A stretch of 64,000 nucleotides of DNA from Nitrososphaeria archaeon (lineage in GTDB: Archaea; Thermoproteota; Nitrososphaeria; Nitrososphaerales; JAAOZN01), in NCBI GenBank assembly GCA_029775855.1, contig JARVJZ010000002.1, forward strand, positions 192,001 through 256,000. The letters are read 5' to 3'. Numbering within the stretch: position 1 is the stretch's first letter; every line of letters begins with the position of its first letter. The notes beneath the pieces were generated by a model that searched no databases, had not been told where the DNA came from, and saw only the letters and a program-made list of their open reading frames with translations. A program made the translations under genes and the position numbers. Shown here piece by piece: positions 17,841 through 27,585 of the stretch.

Positions 17841-19709
17841 TTAACCCCAGATTTCCTTTGCTACATCTGTGAGACCTAGCTTTATCAGAGTCTCCTTTGT
17901 GGGTTTGCTCGTGTTTTTATCCCAACCTCTTGCTTCATAGTATTCATCAAGTGTCTTAGATAAGTCTACTACTTTTCCAGTCCTGCCCTTCTCCTCCAGA
18001 AGCCTCTTAGGCAGCTTATCATCCGCTCTCGTGGCGCCGTGCTTAACGTTGAAAGCCTTTCTAATGTTGATTATCCTTTCGCCAGCGAGCAGGGCGTCCT
18101 TTAGGGTTAGGTTTAAGCCTGTGACCGCGTTAAAGGTTTTAACGAAGTTTTCTTCAACCATGTATGCTGCGTTAATGTCCGCGAACCAGCACCAACCAGC
18201 AGATGAGATAAATGCTGTCCAATCTTCTATAACCTTCGCAGCAACCCCCTTACCCTCTGGTGAGTCAGTAGGCTTGGGTAAGCCTAAGCTATCTCTAGGC
18301 CTACCTAAGATCTCCCAGTCTATAGTAATCCCTTCAGTATGCCTACCACCTGTTATTGCGCAGGCATAGTGCGGCCCTCCTCCTTGGAATACTCTTGGGT
18401 CGTGGGCTGCCAGTTCTACGCCCTTCACTTGTATTGCGTATTCTTCGGCGCCTTTGCCTATGATCTTGGCTGCTCTTCTAGAGCCTTCTGCAAGTATATC
18501 TCCAAATCCATCTCTGAAGGCGATCTTCTCTATCATCTTGATCATCGCTTCTGCGTTGCCGAATCTTAGGTCAACCCCGTCTGTGTCTTCTTTTGTCAGC
18601 AACCCTTTTTCGAAGCACTCCATAGCGAACGCTATGGTTCCACCTGTAGATATTGTGTCTAAGCCGAAGAGGTTGCATAGGTCGTTCGCTTTGGCTACGG
18701 CTTTAGCATCTGTTACACCGCAATTTGAGCCGAGCATGCTTACTGTCTCATATTCAGGTCCTTCAACGTTAGGTTCGAATGAATATGCTCCTTCTTTCAC
18801 GGTTGATATTCTTCTGCAGCCTATTGGGCATAGGTAGCAGCTTCTGGTTCCAGATAGTATTGCGTCGTATCCTCCTGGCCAAGATAGTCCTTCTGGGTTG
18901 AGTTGTTTTGCTGTGTAGTTGAAGCCTGGTGTGTCTCCTAGCTGCCAGAGTGGCCCGAAGTATAGTGGTGTGCCTCCTTTGGAGAACATTTGAACATTTT
19001 TGTCTTCTTTTACAAATTTTATGACTTCTCCGCTAATTTTCCTCAGTTCTTCTGGGTGTGCTATTGGAACTTTACCCTCTCCTCTTACCGCCACAGCTTT
19101 AAGCTTCATAAACCCCATAACTGCACCTAAGCCACACCTACCAGCTATCCTATTCGCCTCATCTGTCAATATACCAGCGAACCTAACAAGATTTTCACCA
19201 GCCTGCCCTATATTCGAAACCTGAATCTTAGCATCACCAAGATCCCTTTTTAGGCTTCGATCTGACGCTCTAGCATCCATACCCCAGTAGGGTGAAGCAT
19301 CACCAAACCTAACCTCTCCATCCCTAATGAATACATATGTGGGTTTAGGCGCTCTACCAGTTATGACCACAAGATCATAACCAGCAGCCTTAAGCTCAGC
19401 ACCCCAGAACCCACCAGCATTCGCATCCCCAAAAAAACCTGTTAGAGGAGACTTCGAGACAACGCTATGTCTACCCGCTACAGGGGTTGGTGTGCCGTTT
19501 ACTGGCCCTGTAGCAAAGATGAGGAGGTTTTGCGGGTCGAAGGCTCCAACCCATGGTGGAACTTCGTCGTAGAGTATTCTACCCCCAACACCGTAACCTC
19601 CTATGTAGTTGTATGCTAGTTCTGGTGGTAAGGGTTGAGTTAAATGCTTCTTTCTGGTTAGGTCTATCCGTAGAATTTTACCTAAGTATCCTCCTCTAAA
19701 TCCGCTCAT
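17841..19709 (-). CDS. aor: Tungsten-containing aldehyde:ferredoxin oxidoreductase family protein
   Basis: KSPLTG, GR.G.GAVMG..KLKAV, C..CPI.C, EGPEYET, D..GLDTIS, DPR, EYYE.RGWD. Confidence 0.93.
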   Translation of the reverse strand: MSGFRGGYLGKILRIDLTRKKHLTQPLPPELAYNYIGGYGVGGRILYDEVPPWVGAFDPQNLLIFATGPVNGTPTPVAGRHSVVSKSPLTGFFGDANAGGFWGAELKAAGYDLVVITGRAPKPTYVFIRDGEVRFGDASPYWGMDARASDRSLKRDLGDAKIQVSNIGQAGENLVRFAGILTDEANRIAGRCGLGAVMGFMKLKAVAVRGEGKVPIAHPEELRKISGEVIKFVKEDKNVQMFSKGGTPLYFGPLWQLGDTPGFNYTAKQLNPEGLSWPGGYDAILSGTRSCYLCPIGCRRISTVKEGAYSFEPNVEGPEYETVSMLGSNCGVTDAKAVAKANDLCNLFGLDTISTGGTIAFAMECFEKGLLTKEDTDGVDLRFGNAEAMIKMIEKIAFRDGFGDILAEGSRRAAKIIGKGAEEYAIQVKGVELAAHDPRVFQGGGPHYACAITGGRHTEGITIDWEILGRPRDSLGLPKPTDSPEGKGVAAKVIEDWTAFISSAGWCWFADINAAYMVEENFVKTFNAVTGLNLTLKDALLAGERIINIRKAFNVKHGATRADDKLPKRLLEEKGRTGKVVDLSKTLDEYYEARGWDKNTSKPTKETLIKLGLTDVAKEIWG

Positions 19710-19942
19710 AGAGCAAGTTATGTTTAAGCGAATATTTTAATATTGTCTATTAAGTTGGAGTCAATTTCTACGCTGAAGTTAAAAGATGCTAAAACATCTA
19801 AGTTTCAGATAATATTTGTCAGAGGTTTATGACATTAATTTTCGAGTTAGGTTGATTCTTAATCTAATTTTGACATTTGGTTTAGTGATTGAATCATATA
19901 TTAAAATGTGATAGTGCTGCAGTTATGTTTATTTAAGCCTGC

Positions 19943-19958
19943 GTTCACCACGGTGAAC
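19943..19958. promoter_or_regulatory. 16-bp palindrome (parS-like or operator) upstream of the ParB-like gene
   Basis: GTTCACC-AC-GGTGAAC, between a TATA-like TTTATTTAAG (19928-19937) and the start codon at 19966. Confidence 0.55.
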
Positions 19959-19965
19959 AGTAATC

Positions 19966-21066
19966 TTGAGTGTGTGGAATGAATTTAAGCTGATTCCGCT
20001 CGATAAGATTGAATCAAATCCTTACGCTGCTAGGTTAGATCAAAATGTCGGGGTTGATAAGCTTGCTGAGTCTATGAGTAGGCATGGGCAACTCGCTGAT
20101 GTGCTTGTTAGGGTTCATCCCGCATCTAAAGATAGGTTTCAGCTGATTTATGGGCATAGGAGAGTTGCTGCGGCTAGGCTTCTCGGTTGGCAGAATGTTA
20201 AGGCTAAGGTTGTTGAAGCTTCAGAAGAAGAGATGCTTATAATGGCGCTCATAGAGAACATCGAGAGAAAAGATTTTACAGCATATGAGAAAGCAAGAAT
20301 CTTCCTAAGGCTAAATAAAGAATTCAAACGGAGTTATGAGGAGATTGCTAGGCTCATAGGGCGGAGTAAAGCGTATGTAGCGCAGCACATCGCTATGCTT
20401 GAACTATTCACAGAGGAGCAGATGAAGGATCCTGAAGTTATAAATCTGCTTCAATCGTTAACCGAAAGGCAAGCAAGAATACTTCTTAGGATAAAAGATC
20501 CGAATGAAAGGCTGGCTACCGCTAAAATAGTAGTGAATGAGAATCTCTGTGTAAAAGAAGTTGAGAAGCTCGTCGGTAGGCCCAGAGAGAACGCAAACAT
20601 CACAAAAGACAGACATAAAAAGAAAACTATGGAGACTATTTCAGATGTAGAAAAGATCAAAAGGAAGGTTCTTGAACTTTTCGAGTGGGTAGAGCACAAG
20701 AACCTTCAACCGTTGATAACCTTAAGGCTTGAAAGAGAGTTTACAGCGTTTGATGACTTTCCACCTTATACTAGACTTGGATATAGAGATGCTCTTGTCC
20801 AAAACTTCCATCTTATTGAGTCTTGGAAGGGTGAGTTCAAGCTTCGCTGTGAGGGGTTGAAGGTTAGGGTCTTCGGGGAAACAGGTTTGGCTACATTTTA
20901 CATACACTATGATGTGCTCTACAACGGGAGACCGTTCAGATCTACTTCAAGAGTAACCTTCGTCTTTCTAAAGCGTGGAGATAACTGGTATATCATACAC
21001 GAGCATTGGTCTCCACTAAAAGTGTCAGAGTTAGTAGAGATTGGCGGTAAAGATGATAAGGGTTAA
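19966..21066 (+). CDS. ParB/Spo0J-family protein with C-terminal NTF2/SnoaL-like domain
   Basis: NP...R, L.ES...HGQ, YGHRR (CTP box), ALIENIERKD, HTH SYEEIARLIGRSKAYV; C-terminus RVTFVF.KRGDNW.IIHEHWS typical of NTF2/SnoaL_3. Confidence 0.85.
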   Translation: MSVWNEFKLIPLDKIESNPYAARLDQNVGVDKLAESMSRHGQLADVLVRVHPASKDRFQLIYGHRRVAAARLLGWQNVKAKVVEASEEEMLIMALIENIERKDFTAYEKARIFLRLNKEFKRSYEEIARLIGRSKAYVAQHIAMLELFTEEQMKDPEVINLLQSLTERQARILLRIKDPNERLATAKIVVNENLCVKEVEKLVGRPRENANITKDRHKKKTMETISDVEKIKRKVLELFEWVEHKNLQPLITLRLEREFTAFDDFPPYTRLGYRDALVQNFHLIESWKGEFKLRCEGLKVRVFGETGLATFYIHYDVLYNGRPFRSTSRVTFVFLKRGDNWYIIHEHWSPLKVSELVEIGGKDDKG

Positions 21067-22475
21067 CTGCCGCATTCGGCGTCGAGTGCTGTAAGAGCAT
21101 AGTCGATAGCATCTATTGCTCTATCGATCTCTTCTTCTGTAACTGTTAAAGCTGGTCCTATTCTTAGGCAGTTTGGTGTGAAGCCTCCTACTAGAACGCC
21201 TTTTTCAAGCGCTTTAGCTTGAACTATGTTTACAGCCCACTTGCTTACATCCCCAGTGCCTTTTGTGAATCTATCCTCTGGGAAGAATGGTTCTTTCTTC
21301 TTTTTGTTTCTAACCAGCTCTATTCCCCAGAATAGTCCTAATCCTGAGACTTGCCCTACGCATTCATGTTTTGACTCTAATTCGTTAAGTCTTCTTCCAA
21401 GATATTCTCCCATCTTAGCAGCTCTAGCTGGCAGATTCTCCTCCATCATCAGCTTAATGTTTTCGCATACCGCAGCCATAACTACTGGATGAGATGAGAA
21501 GGTAGCGGCATGCCACCACCTATAATCGTCGAGAAACTTAGCTATCTCCTTACTCACAACGACACCAGCTGCTGGTAGCTGTGAGCTTACAATACCCTTA
21601 GCCATAGTCATAATGTCCGGCGTCACATCATAATGCTGATAGCAGAACCAGCTCCCAGTTCTACCGAAACCCGTCATAACCTCATCATCTATCCAAAGGA
21701 TACCATATTTTCTAGTCAAATCTCGGAGACCCTTAATCCACTCAGGAGGCGAAATCACAAGCCCGCCACCACTTATAATCTCAGTTATGACTGCAGCAAC
21801 ATTTTGAGGACCAAGGTTCTGAATCATATACTCCATATCCTTTAAGCACGCAACATAGCCTCCTGACTGGCATTCACGAGGTGAATCATACCCATAGGGG
21901 CACCTGTAGCAGAAAGGTGCTCTTGCTACATAGAAGCCTTGGGCTGGGAAGCCTTGAACCTCTTTGTATTCGCCTCGAGCATTTGCTATGGTGTTGCGCC
22001 ACCATCTGAATGTTGAGCACGAGCCTGCTCCAAGTGTCCAGCCGTGGTAAGAGAATTCCCTACTTATGATGAATGGTCTTCCTGTGTAGAGTTTGGCTAA
22101 TATGAGGGCTTCTTCGTTCGCTTCGCTTCCGGAGCTGACAAACCTTACTTTGCCAGCCCAGCCGTCTTTACCAAGTATGTCTTCTACGATTAGTTTTGCT
22201 GCTAGCGATTTGTAGGGTGTCTGCATAATCTCCCATACATATCCATATCTGTCAAGAGACTGCTTTATCGCTTCTATAACCTTAGGCTGCCTCTGCCCAG
22301 CATTTACCGAAATTAACCCAGAGAGGAAGTCAAGGATCTTTGAGCCATCAGGTGTGATTATGTAGCTTCCCTCGACTCGCTCTACAGGGATAGGCATCCA
22401 TTCTTCTGCAGACTGCTTTATCCTCAGATAATACTTTTTATCCCATTCTATTACTTTATCCCAATCCACATTCAA
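21063..22475 (-). CDS. Class-III PLP aminotransferase (omega-amino acid/taurine type)
   Basis: SGSEANE, SYHG.T, DDEVMTGFGRTG, PDIMTMAKG. Confidence 0.92.
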   Translation of the reverse strand: MNVDWDKVIEWDKKYYLRIKQSAEEWMPIPVERVEGSYIITPDGSKILDFLSGLISVNAGQRQPKVIEAIKQSLDRYGYVWEIMQTPYKSLAAKLIVEDILGKDGWAGKVRFVSSGSEANEEALILAKLYTGRPFIISREFSYHGWTLGAGSCSTFRWWRNTIANARGEYKEVQGFPAQGFYVARAPFCYRCPYGYDSPRECQSGGYVACLKDMEYMIQNLGPQNVAAVITEIISGGGLVISPPEWIKGLRDLTRKYGILWIDDEVMTGFGRTGSWFCYQHYDVTPDIMTMAKGIVSSQLPAAGVVVSKEIAKFLDDYRWWHAATFSSHPVVMAAVCENIKLMMEENLPARAAKMGEYLGRRLNELESKHECVGQVSGLGLFWGIELVRNKKKKEPFFPEDRFTKGTGDVSKWAVNIVQAKALEKGVLVGGFTPNCLRIGPALTVTEEEIDRAIDAIDYALTALDAECGS

Positions 22476-22540
22476 AACCTACACCGCAAGATTCTTCTAT
22501 AACTGCGGTGCGATTTAAAGATTAAAAGTCAAAAGAATGG

Positions 22541-23845
22541 TCATCTATTTATAACATTAAGGTCCCAAGGATATTTAGTTAGAACTTCGCATCCATCTTC
22601 AGTAACTAACACCACATTTTCAAGACGAGCTGCACCTAGACCCACTTGCATTATAAGCGGCTCAACCGCCATAACCATGCCAGCTTCAAGAGGCTTTTTA
22701 TTACCTTGCTGTATGAAAGCTGCTTCAGTAGTTTCGTGGCATACTAAACCTATAGAGTGCCCTACATAGCAGGTATTCTCCTGAACCTGTGGTTCCATAA
22801 AGAGCTTTTGGGATGAGTCTATTCTACTCCAGCCAGACTTTAGGAAGACACGCTCAGATATTTTATAGAGTTCATCGCCAGTAACCCCAGGTTTTATCGC
22901 TTCGATTACCTTCTTATTCATCTCGTATGTAATTTTAAAGATCTTAGTTAACCAGCGAGGCGGCTCTCCTATTACAGCGGTTCTTGTTATATCTGATATA
23001 TATCCTCGGTAGTTTGCTCCTAGATCTAGGCATATCGGTTCACCTCTTCTGATTCTGTAGTCAGTGACCTTCTCTTCAGCGTATGTTATCTGCTGCCCAG
23101 CCTTTATTAGTAGTGGATGACCCCAGTGGTCCCAAGCGCCAGCCTTCAGCATAGCCCTATATATTTCTCCAGCGACTTCAGCCTCTGTTACACCTGGAGC
23201 AAGCGCCTTCATACCGGCGTCCATACCTATGTCTGCTATCTCGCAAGATCTTCTGAGTAGTCGAATTTCTAGTGGTGTTTTGATGGCTCTGATGCGCCAA
23301 AGGAGCCTTGAAGCATAAACGAATTTGGCTTTTGGTAGCAGCTTCTTGAATTTGTTGTAGGCTGCGAGGTTAAGGTCGTCCTCTTCAACGCCTATAGTCT
23401 TATCTCCTAAGCCTAACTCATCTACAGCTTCTTTAATTATGACCTCAGCTGGTTTACCATTATGTGGTCTTATACTTTCTAAGCGGAAGTAGGGGAGCAT
23501 AGAGATAGCACCAAGATAGTTATATGAAACCATCGTTATCACTGGGTCTCTTTCTTCTCTTGTTATGAGTGCATATTGTTCGCTTCCCGGTCTATCATAC
23601 CACCCTGGATAGTAACCCGTGAGGTAAAATATGCTATGGTAATTCGAGAGTATTGCCGCATCTATTCCAGCAGCCTCTAACGCCTTCCTATATTTTCTAA
23701 GACGCTCCCTTACTTCCACTTCCTGCTCCTTAACATTAAAGCCTATAGTAAGATTTGGGTAGCCTTCGCTGCTTGCCATAACCTTTCTTACATCTTGCAT
23801 TATAAGATCTGGGTTTTTAATCCCCCATTTCTGCCACTCTTTCAA
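22541..23845 (-). CDS. Xaa-Pro peptidase/creatinase family protein (M24)
   Basis: R.IKT..EI, DLG...GY.SDITRT, GHSIGL..HE, AVEP, RLEN.V.VT..G.E.L. Confidence 0.88.
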   Translation of the reverse strand: MKEWQKWGIKNPDLIMQDVRKVMASSEGYPNLTIGFNVKEQEVEVRERLRKYRKALEAAGIDAAILSNYHSIFYLTGYYPGWYDRPGSEQYALITREERDPVITMVSYNYLGAISMLPYFRLESIRPHNGKPAEVIIKEAVDELGLGDKTIGVEEDDLNLAAYNKFKKLLPKAKFVYASRLLWRIRAIKTPLEIRLLRRSCEIADIGMDAGMKALAPGVTEAEVAGEIYRAMLKAGAWDHWGHPLLIKAGQQITYAEEKVTDYRIRRGEPICLDLGANYRGYISDITRTAVIGEPPRWLTKIFKITYEMNKKVIEAIKPGVTGDELYKISERVFLKSGWSRIDSSQKLFMEPQVQENTCYVGHSIGLVCHETTEAAFIQQGNKKPLEAGMVMAVEPLIMQVGLGAARLENVVLVTEDGCEVLTKYPWDLNVINR

Positions 23846-23926
23846 GCCGATTCGAGTTGGCAGAAGATAGATTAAAAAGTTACCCCTAATCTTAATATAT
23901 TCTGTGCATCGGGCGCAGGGGATAAG

Positions 23927-24880
23927 ATGGGTGAGTTAAGGATCTTCTTTACAACTGATCTGCACGGCTCGGATAAGTGCTTTAAAAAGTTCATCTCTGC
24001 ATCACAGTTCTACAAGGCTTCTGTCATAATAGTCGGTGGAGACATAACGGGTAAGATGATAGTTCCAATAATAGAAAAGAATGGAGCGTATATATCCAAA
24101 TATCAAGGTGTTGAAAGAGTCATGAAAAGCGAAAAAGAGGTTGTGGAGTTTGAGAGCATTGTAGGAGACAGCGGCGGCTACCCCTACCGAACCAATGAAG
24201 AAGAGATGCAGAAAATCGCAGCTGATGATGCGTATAAAGATCAACTCTTTAAGAAGCTAATTTTACAAAGAGTTGAAGAGTGGCTTACATTAGCTGAAGA
24301 GCGCCTCAAGGGTAAAGGCGTAGAGTGCTTTATTATGCCTGGAAATGATGACATCTTTGATATAGATCAAGCTTTTGCTAAGGCTGGCGTTGTAGAGAAC
24401 CCTGAAGGTAAGGTTATAGAACTGCCGATGGGTTATCAGCTACTTTCATCTGGTTTCAGCAACCTGACGCCTTGGCGCTGCCCACGCGATTTACCAGAAG
24501 AAGAACTTCAGGCTAGACTGAATGATATAACATCTGGGGTGAGGGACTTTAAGAAGTGCATATTCAACCTACACTGCCCGCCTTATGATACTGTTTTAGA
24601 CGAAGCTCCTAAGCTTGACAAAGATCTAAAGCCAGTTTTAGGTCTAGGTGGAACTCCTATAATGGTTCACGTTGGTAGTGTATCGGTTCGTTCACTTATA
24701 GAGAAGAAAGCACCACTACTCAGCCTACACGGGCATATACATGAGTCGAGAGGAGCAATAAGATTAGGTAAAACATTATCCATAAACCCCGGAAGCGAAT
24801 ATAGTGAAGGAGTGCTCAGAGGAGCTATCATAAACCTAAAGGATGACTCTGTAAAGGGTTATCTGCTTACTTCAGGCTAG
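23927..24880 (+). CDS. Calcineurin-like metallophosphoesterase (Icc-related)
   Basis: TDLHGS, GGDITGK, PGNDD, H.PP, LHGHIHE, NPGS. Confidence 0.9.
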   Translation: MGELRIFFTTDLHGSDKCFKKFISASQFYKASVIIVGGDITGKMIVPIIEKNGAYISKYQGVERVMKSEKEVVEFESIVGDSGGYPYRTNEEEMQKIAADDAYKDQLFKKLILQRVEEWLTLAEERLKGKGVECFIMPGNDDIFDIDQAFAKAGVVENPEGKVIELPMGYQLLSSGFSNLTPWRCPRDLPEEELQARLNDITSGVRDFKKCIFNLHCPPYDTVLDEAPKLDKDLKPVLGLGGTPIMVHVGSVSVRSLIEKKAPLLSLHGHIHESRGAIRLGKTLSINPGSEYSEGVLRGAIINLKDDSVKGYLLTSG

Positions 24881-25635
24881 CGGATAAGGTCCTCTACCTC
24901 ATTATACCATTTCACACTAGGTCCGATTTTAGCTCTAAGCTTCCATTTAGCTGATTTGGGCTTTGACTCTATGGCTGCTAAAATGGTGTCTATGCGTTCT
25001 TTAACGAGCTTAATCTCATCCTCTTTTAATCTATCTGAATATTTTTGCAGAAAATCCTTCACTTTGTTTAGGTTGATGGTTGTGGTGTAGTAGAAACCCC
25101 AGTCCCAAGACATTCTATCAGCAATATACTTTACATTTATACCACGCTCATCTCCGGTTAAATCAACACATCTTAAAAGGACGATAATATCTTTGATATC
25201 TTTTTCAGAGATCTTTACTATCTGAATCTTTTCGAGAAACAAGTCGGTCGGTGTTATAGTCTTAGGATGCAGCTCAAGCCTACCACTAAAGTCTATTTCG
25301 TGACACATCTTCAACTTGTCAAAGAAGACATCAAGTTTGATACCTAAATCTTTGTGCGTGTAGAAGTTTCTTTGAACTTCGTGGAAGGCTACTATTCTCC
25401 GGTCTTGAAAATAGCCTAAACCATTCAACAGAGATTCAAGCTGCCCACTAACCTTCCAATACGCCATCAAGTCTATATCTGAAAGAGGGCGCTCAAGCCT
25501 AGCATACATCTCTGCAGCGCTGCTACACATTAGCCTAATTGCAACAGCGCCCATAACTCTAGCTGGAAGACTGGCTTGATTCACAGCCTCGATTATCCTC
25601 GTGGACTCTCCTAGTATCTGCTCATCTGCAAGCAT
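24877..25635 (-). CDS. Uncharacterised nucleotidyltransferase-fold protein
   Basis: VMGAVAI (hG[GS]-like), SDIDL (DxD), later LDVF third carboxylate, KDIKD; pol-beta NTase superfamily pattern. Confidence 0.65.
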   Translation of the reverse strand: MLADEQILGESTRIIEAVNQASLPARVMGAVAIRLMCSSAAEMYARLERPLSDIDLMAYWKVSGQLESLLNGLGYFQDRRIVAFHEVQRNFYTHKDLGIKLDVFFDKLKMCHEIDFSGRLELHPKTITPTDLFLEKIQIVKISEKDIKDIIVLLRCVDLTGDERGINVKYIADRMSWDWGFYYTTTINLNKVKDFLQKYSDRLKEDEIKLVKERIDTILAAIESKPKSAKWKLRAKIGPSVKWYNEVEDLIR

Positions 25636-25765
25636 AGCTTAAACCTCCTGAGACAGTAATTTTTATTCTTTTTCTAAGCTCTAAATATTAGCTTCGACTT
25701 ATAGATATTAAAAAGATAAGATAGACTTAAATTTAAGCGGTCTACTAACATTTTTTCGAAATACC

Positions 25766-27364
25766 TTGAGTAAAGAACCATCCACTATCTTTATCCGAAC
25801 ATCCTCAGGCATGGTTCGTGAAATCTCTCCGCTTGTCGCTTTAGCCATATGCATAAGCGGTGTAGCAATAGGTATACCAGCCAACTTTGCAGTGACGTGG
25901 ACAGCGGGCATATATCCTGGCGCAGACTTTATAGGTTCTATAACAATAGCCCTAATTCCTTCAATCTTCTTTGGTTTGCTCTATGTACTCTTCACAATAT
26001 CTATGCCGAGGTCTGGAGGAGACTACGTCTACGCAAGCAGAACACTACATCCAGTAGCAGGCTTTACTATGAACTTCATGTTTACTGTGTGGACGATGTT
26101 CTTTATGGCGTTGAACGCCTCGGTCTTCGTAGATCAGATGCTTGCCCCTGTATTAGCGAGCTATGGCTTAGCAGCTGGAAACACTGCTCTTATAGATTTA
26201 GCAACCGTCTTAGCAACTGATTTGAACATAAGATTCTTGGTTGCGCTGATAAGCATAATCATAGTGTTCGTCGTTATACTCTTCGGCGCAAAGTATACGG
26301 GCAGATGGCTTCTGGTGCTCTTCTTCATAGGGTTAGCTGGCATAATAGCTAATATAATCATATACTTAGCTCCAAGCAGACCTTTCCCTGATGCTTACCT
26401 TGCTGCATTCGGCGAAAGTATGGAGGATACGCTAGCTCGAGCTGAAGCTGCAGGCTGGTCATATGTTCCAAGTACAATTGAGCTTACATTAACAGCTTTA
26501 CCGTTCGCATTCGTCTGGTACATGGGCTTCCAATATTCAGCATATGTGGCTGGAGAAGTAAAGGAGGTAAAGAAGAGCATGTGGATCTCCATCTTAGGTG
26601 CACTATTCTTCGGATGGATAATGTACTCAATAATAGGTGCACTCTTTCTCAGAGCATCGCCTGAAAAATTCACTCAAGCGATCTCATTCCTCTTCTTCGC
26701 CGCACCAGAGCAATATACCTTACCAACTATACCCGGCGCATACTTGTTCGCTGGTGTGATATCACCACATCCGATTCTTAACTTTATAATTCTGATAGCG
26801 CAGATCTGCTGGAGCTTTGCTTTCATGACAGTGTTGTTAATGGTCATTGTTAGAAATATATTCGCTTGGGCCTTTGATAGAATCGTCCCAACCAAGTTAG
26901 CTGACATTAATAGGAGGTTCAGCAGCCCTATCAAAGCATCGATAGTAGCATTTATAGTTGTAGTAATCTTCCTCTACCTCTACATCTATACTGAAGTTTT
27001 CATGCTGACTGTAAACTATGTTATGGCTATGGCGCTGGCACTAATAGTGCCTAGTGTAGCTGGTATACTCTTCCCGTATAGGAGAAAAGAAGTCTACCAA
27101 AAGTCTCCAGCCTCAGCATATAAAGTCGGCGGCGTGCCCTTAATTTCTATAGCCGGCGTGGTCTCACTAATCTTCTTCATATACCTAGTATACGCGGCTT
27201 ACACTACACCAGGAGTATTTGGGCCAGTAGGTCTACCAGCGCTTTCACTCATACTATTCACGATAATCTTCCCCATAGTGGTTTACTATGTGTCTAAAGC
27301 ATACCACCAAAAGAAAGAGGGCATAGATATTAGCCTCGCCTTTACCGAGATACCTCCAGGCTAA
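25766..27364 (+). CDS. APC family amino acid permease
   Basis: F.R.SSG.VR, MPRSGGDYVY.SR, Y.AGEVK, R.IFAWAFDR..P, C-terminal F.EIPP; 12-14 TMs. Confidence 0.92.
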   Translation: MSKEPSTIFIRTSSGMVREISPLVALAICISGVAIGIPANFAVTWTAGIYPGADFIGSITIALIPSIFFGLLYVLFTISMPRSGGDYVYASRTLHPVAGFTMNFMFTVWTMFFMALNASVFVDQMLAPVLASYGLAAGNTALIDLATVLATDLNIRFLVALISIIIVFVVILFGAKYTGRWLLVLFFIGLAGIIANIIIYLAPSRPFPDAYLAAFGESMEDTLARAEAAGWSYVPSTIELTLTALPFAFVWYMGFQYSAYVAGEVKEVKKSMWISILGALFFGWIMYSIIGALFLRASPEKFTQAISFLFFAAPEQYTLPTIPGAYLFAGVISPHPILNFIILIAQICWSFAFMTVLLMVIVRNIFAWAFDRIVPTKLADINRRFSSPIKASIVAFIVVVIFLYLYIYTEVFMLTVNYVMAMALALIVPSVAGILFPYRRKEVYQKSPASAYKVGGVPLISIAGVVSLIFFIYLVYAAYTTPGVFGPVGLPALSLILFTIIFPIVVYYVSKAYHQKKEGIDISLAFTEIPPG

Positions 27365-27397
27365 AAGGGGCGTGTCCAAAAACATTCACGCCTCCTT
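27365..27397 (+). terminator. Possible terminator hairpin after the APC permease
   Basis: AAGGGGCGTG...CACGCCTCCTT stem, followed shortly by TATTTTT. Confidence 0.4.
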
Positions 27398-27585
27398 CCT
27401 AATATTTTTAACTTAAAAGGCGTAGTGTTGAAAAATGGTTTCTATAATTTAGTTAACTACTATCTTTACTGCCTAGAGAAGAAGGTTCTACTCTGTTTTT
27501 ATTATTTAAACACCATTAAGTCAATCCCCTCAGCCACCCTACTTGGGTGAAAAGAAGGGTAGCGCTAGACGAAATCTTAATAGCT

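Noticed and set aside
19817-19834. TGTCA-N8-TGACA inverted repeat upstream of aor
   Set aside because: The 5-bp arms in an AT-rich spacer are too weak to support without comparative data.
4780-27378. 12-bp repeat GGGGCGTGTCCA at 4780 and 27367 as attL/attR
   Set aside because: 12-mer matches are expected by chance in 64 kb, one copy is inside a coding start, and the interval is full of housekeeping genes.
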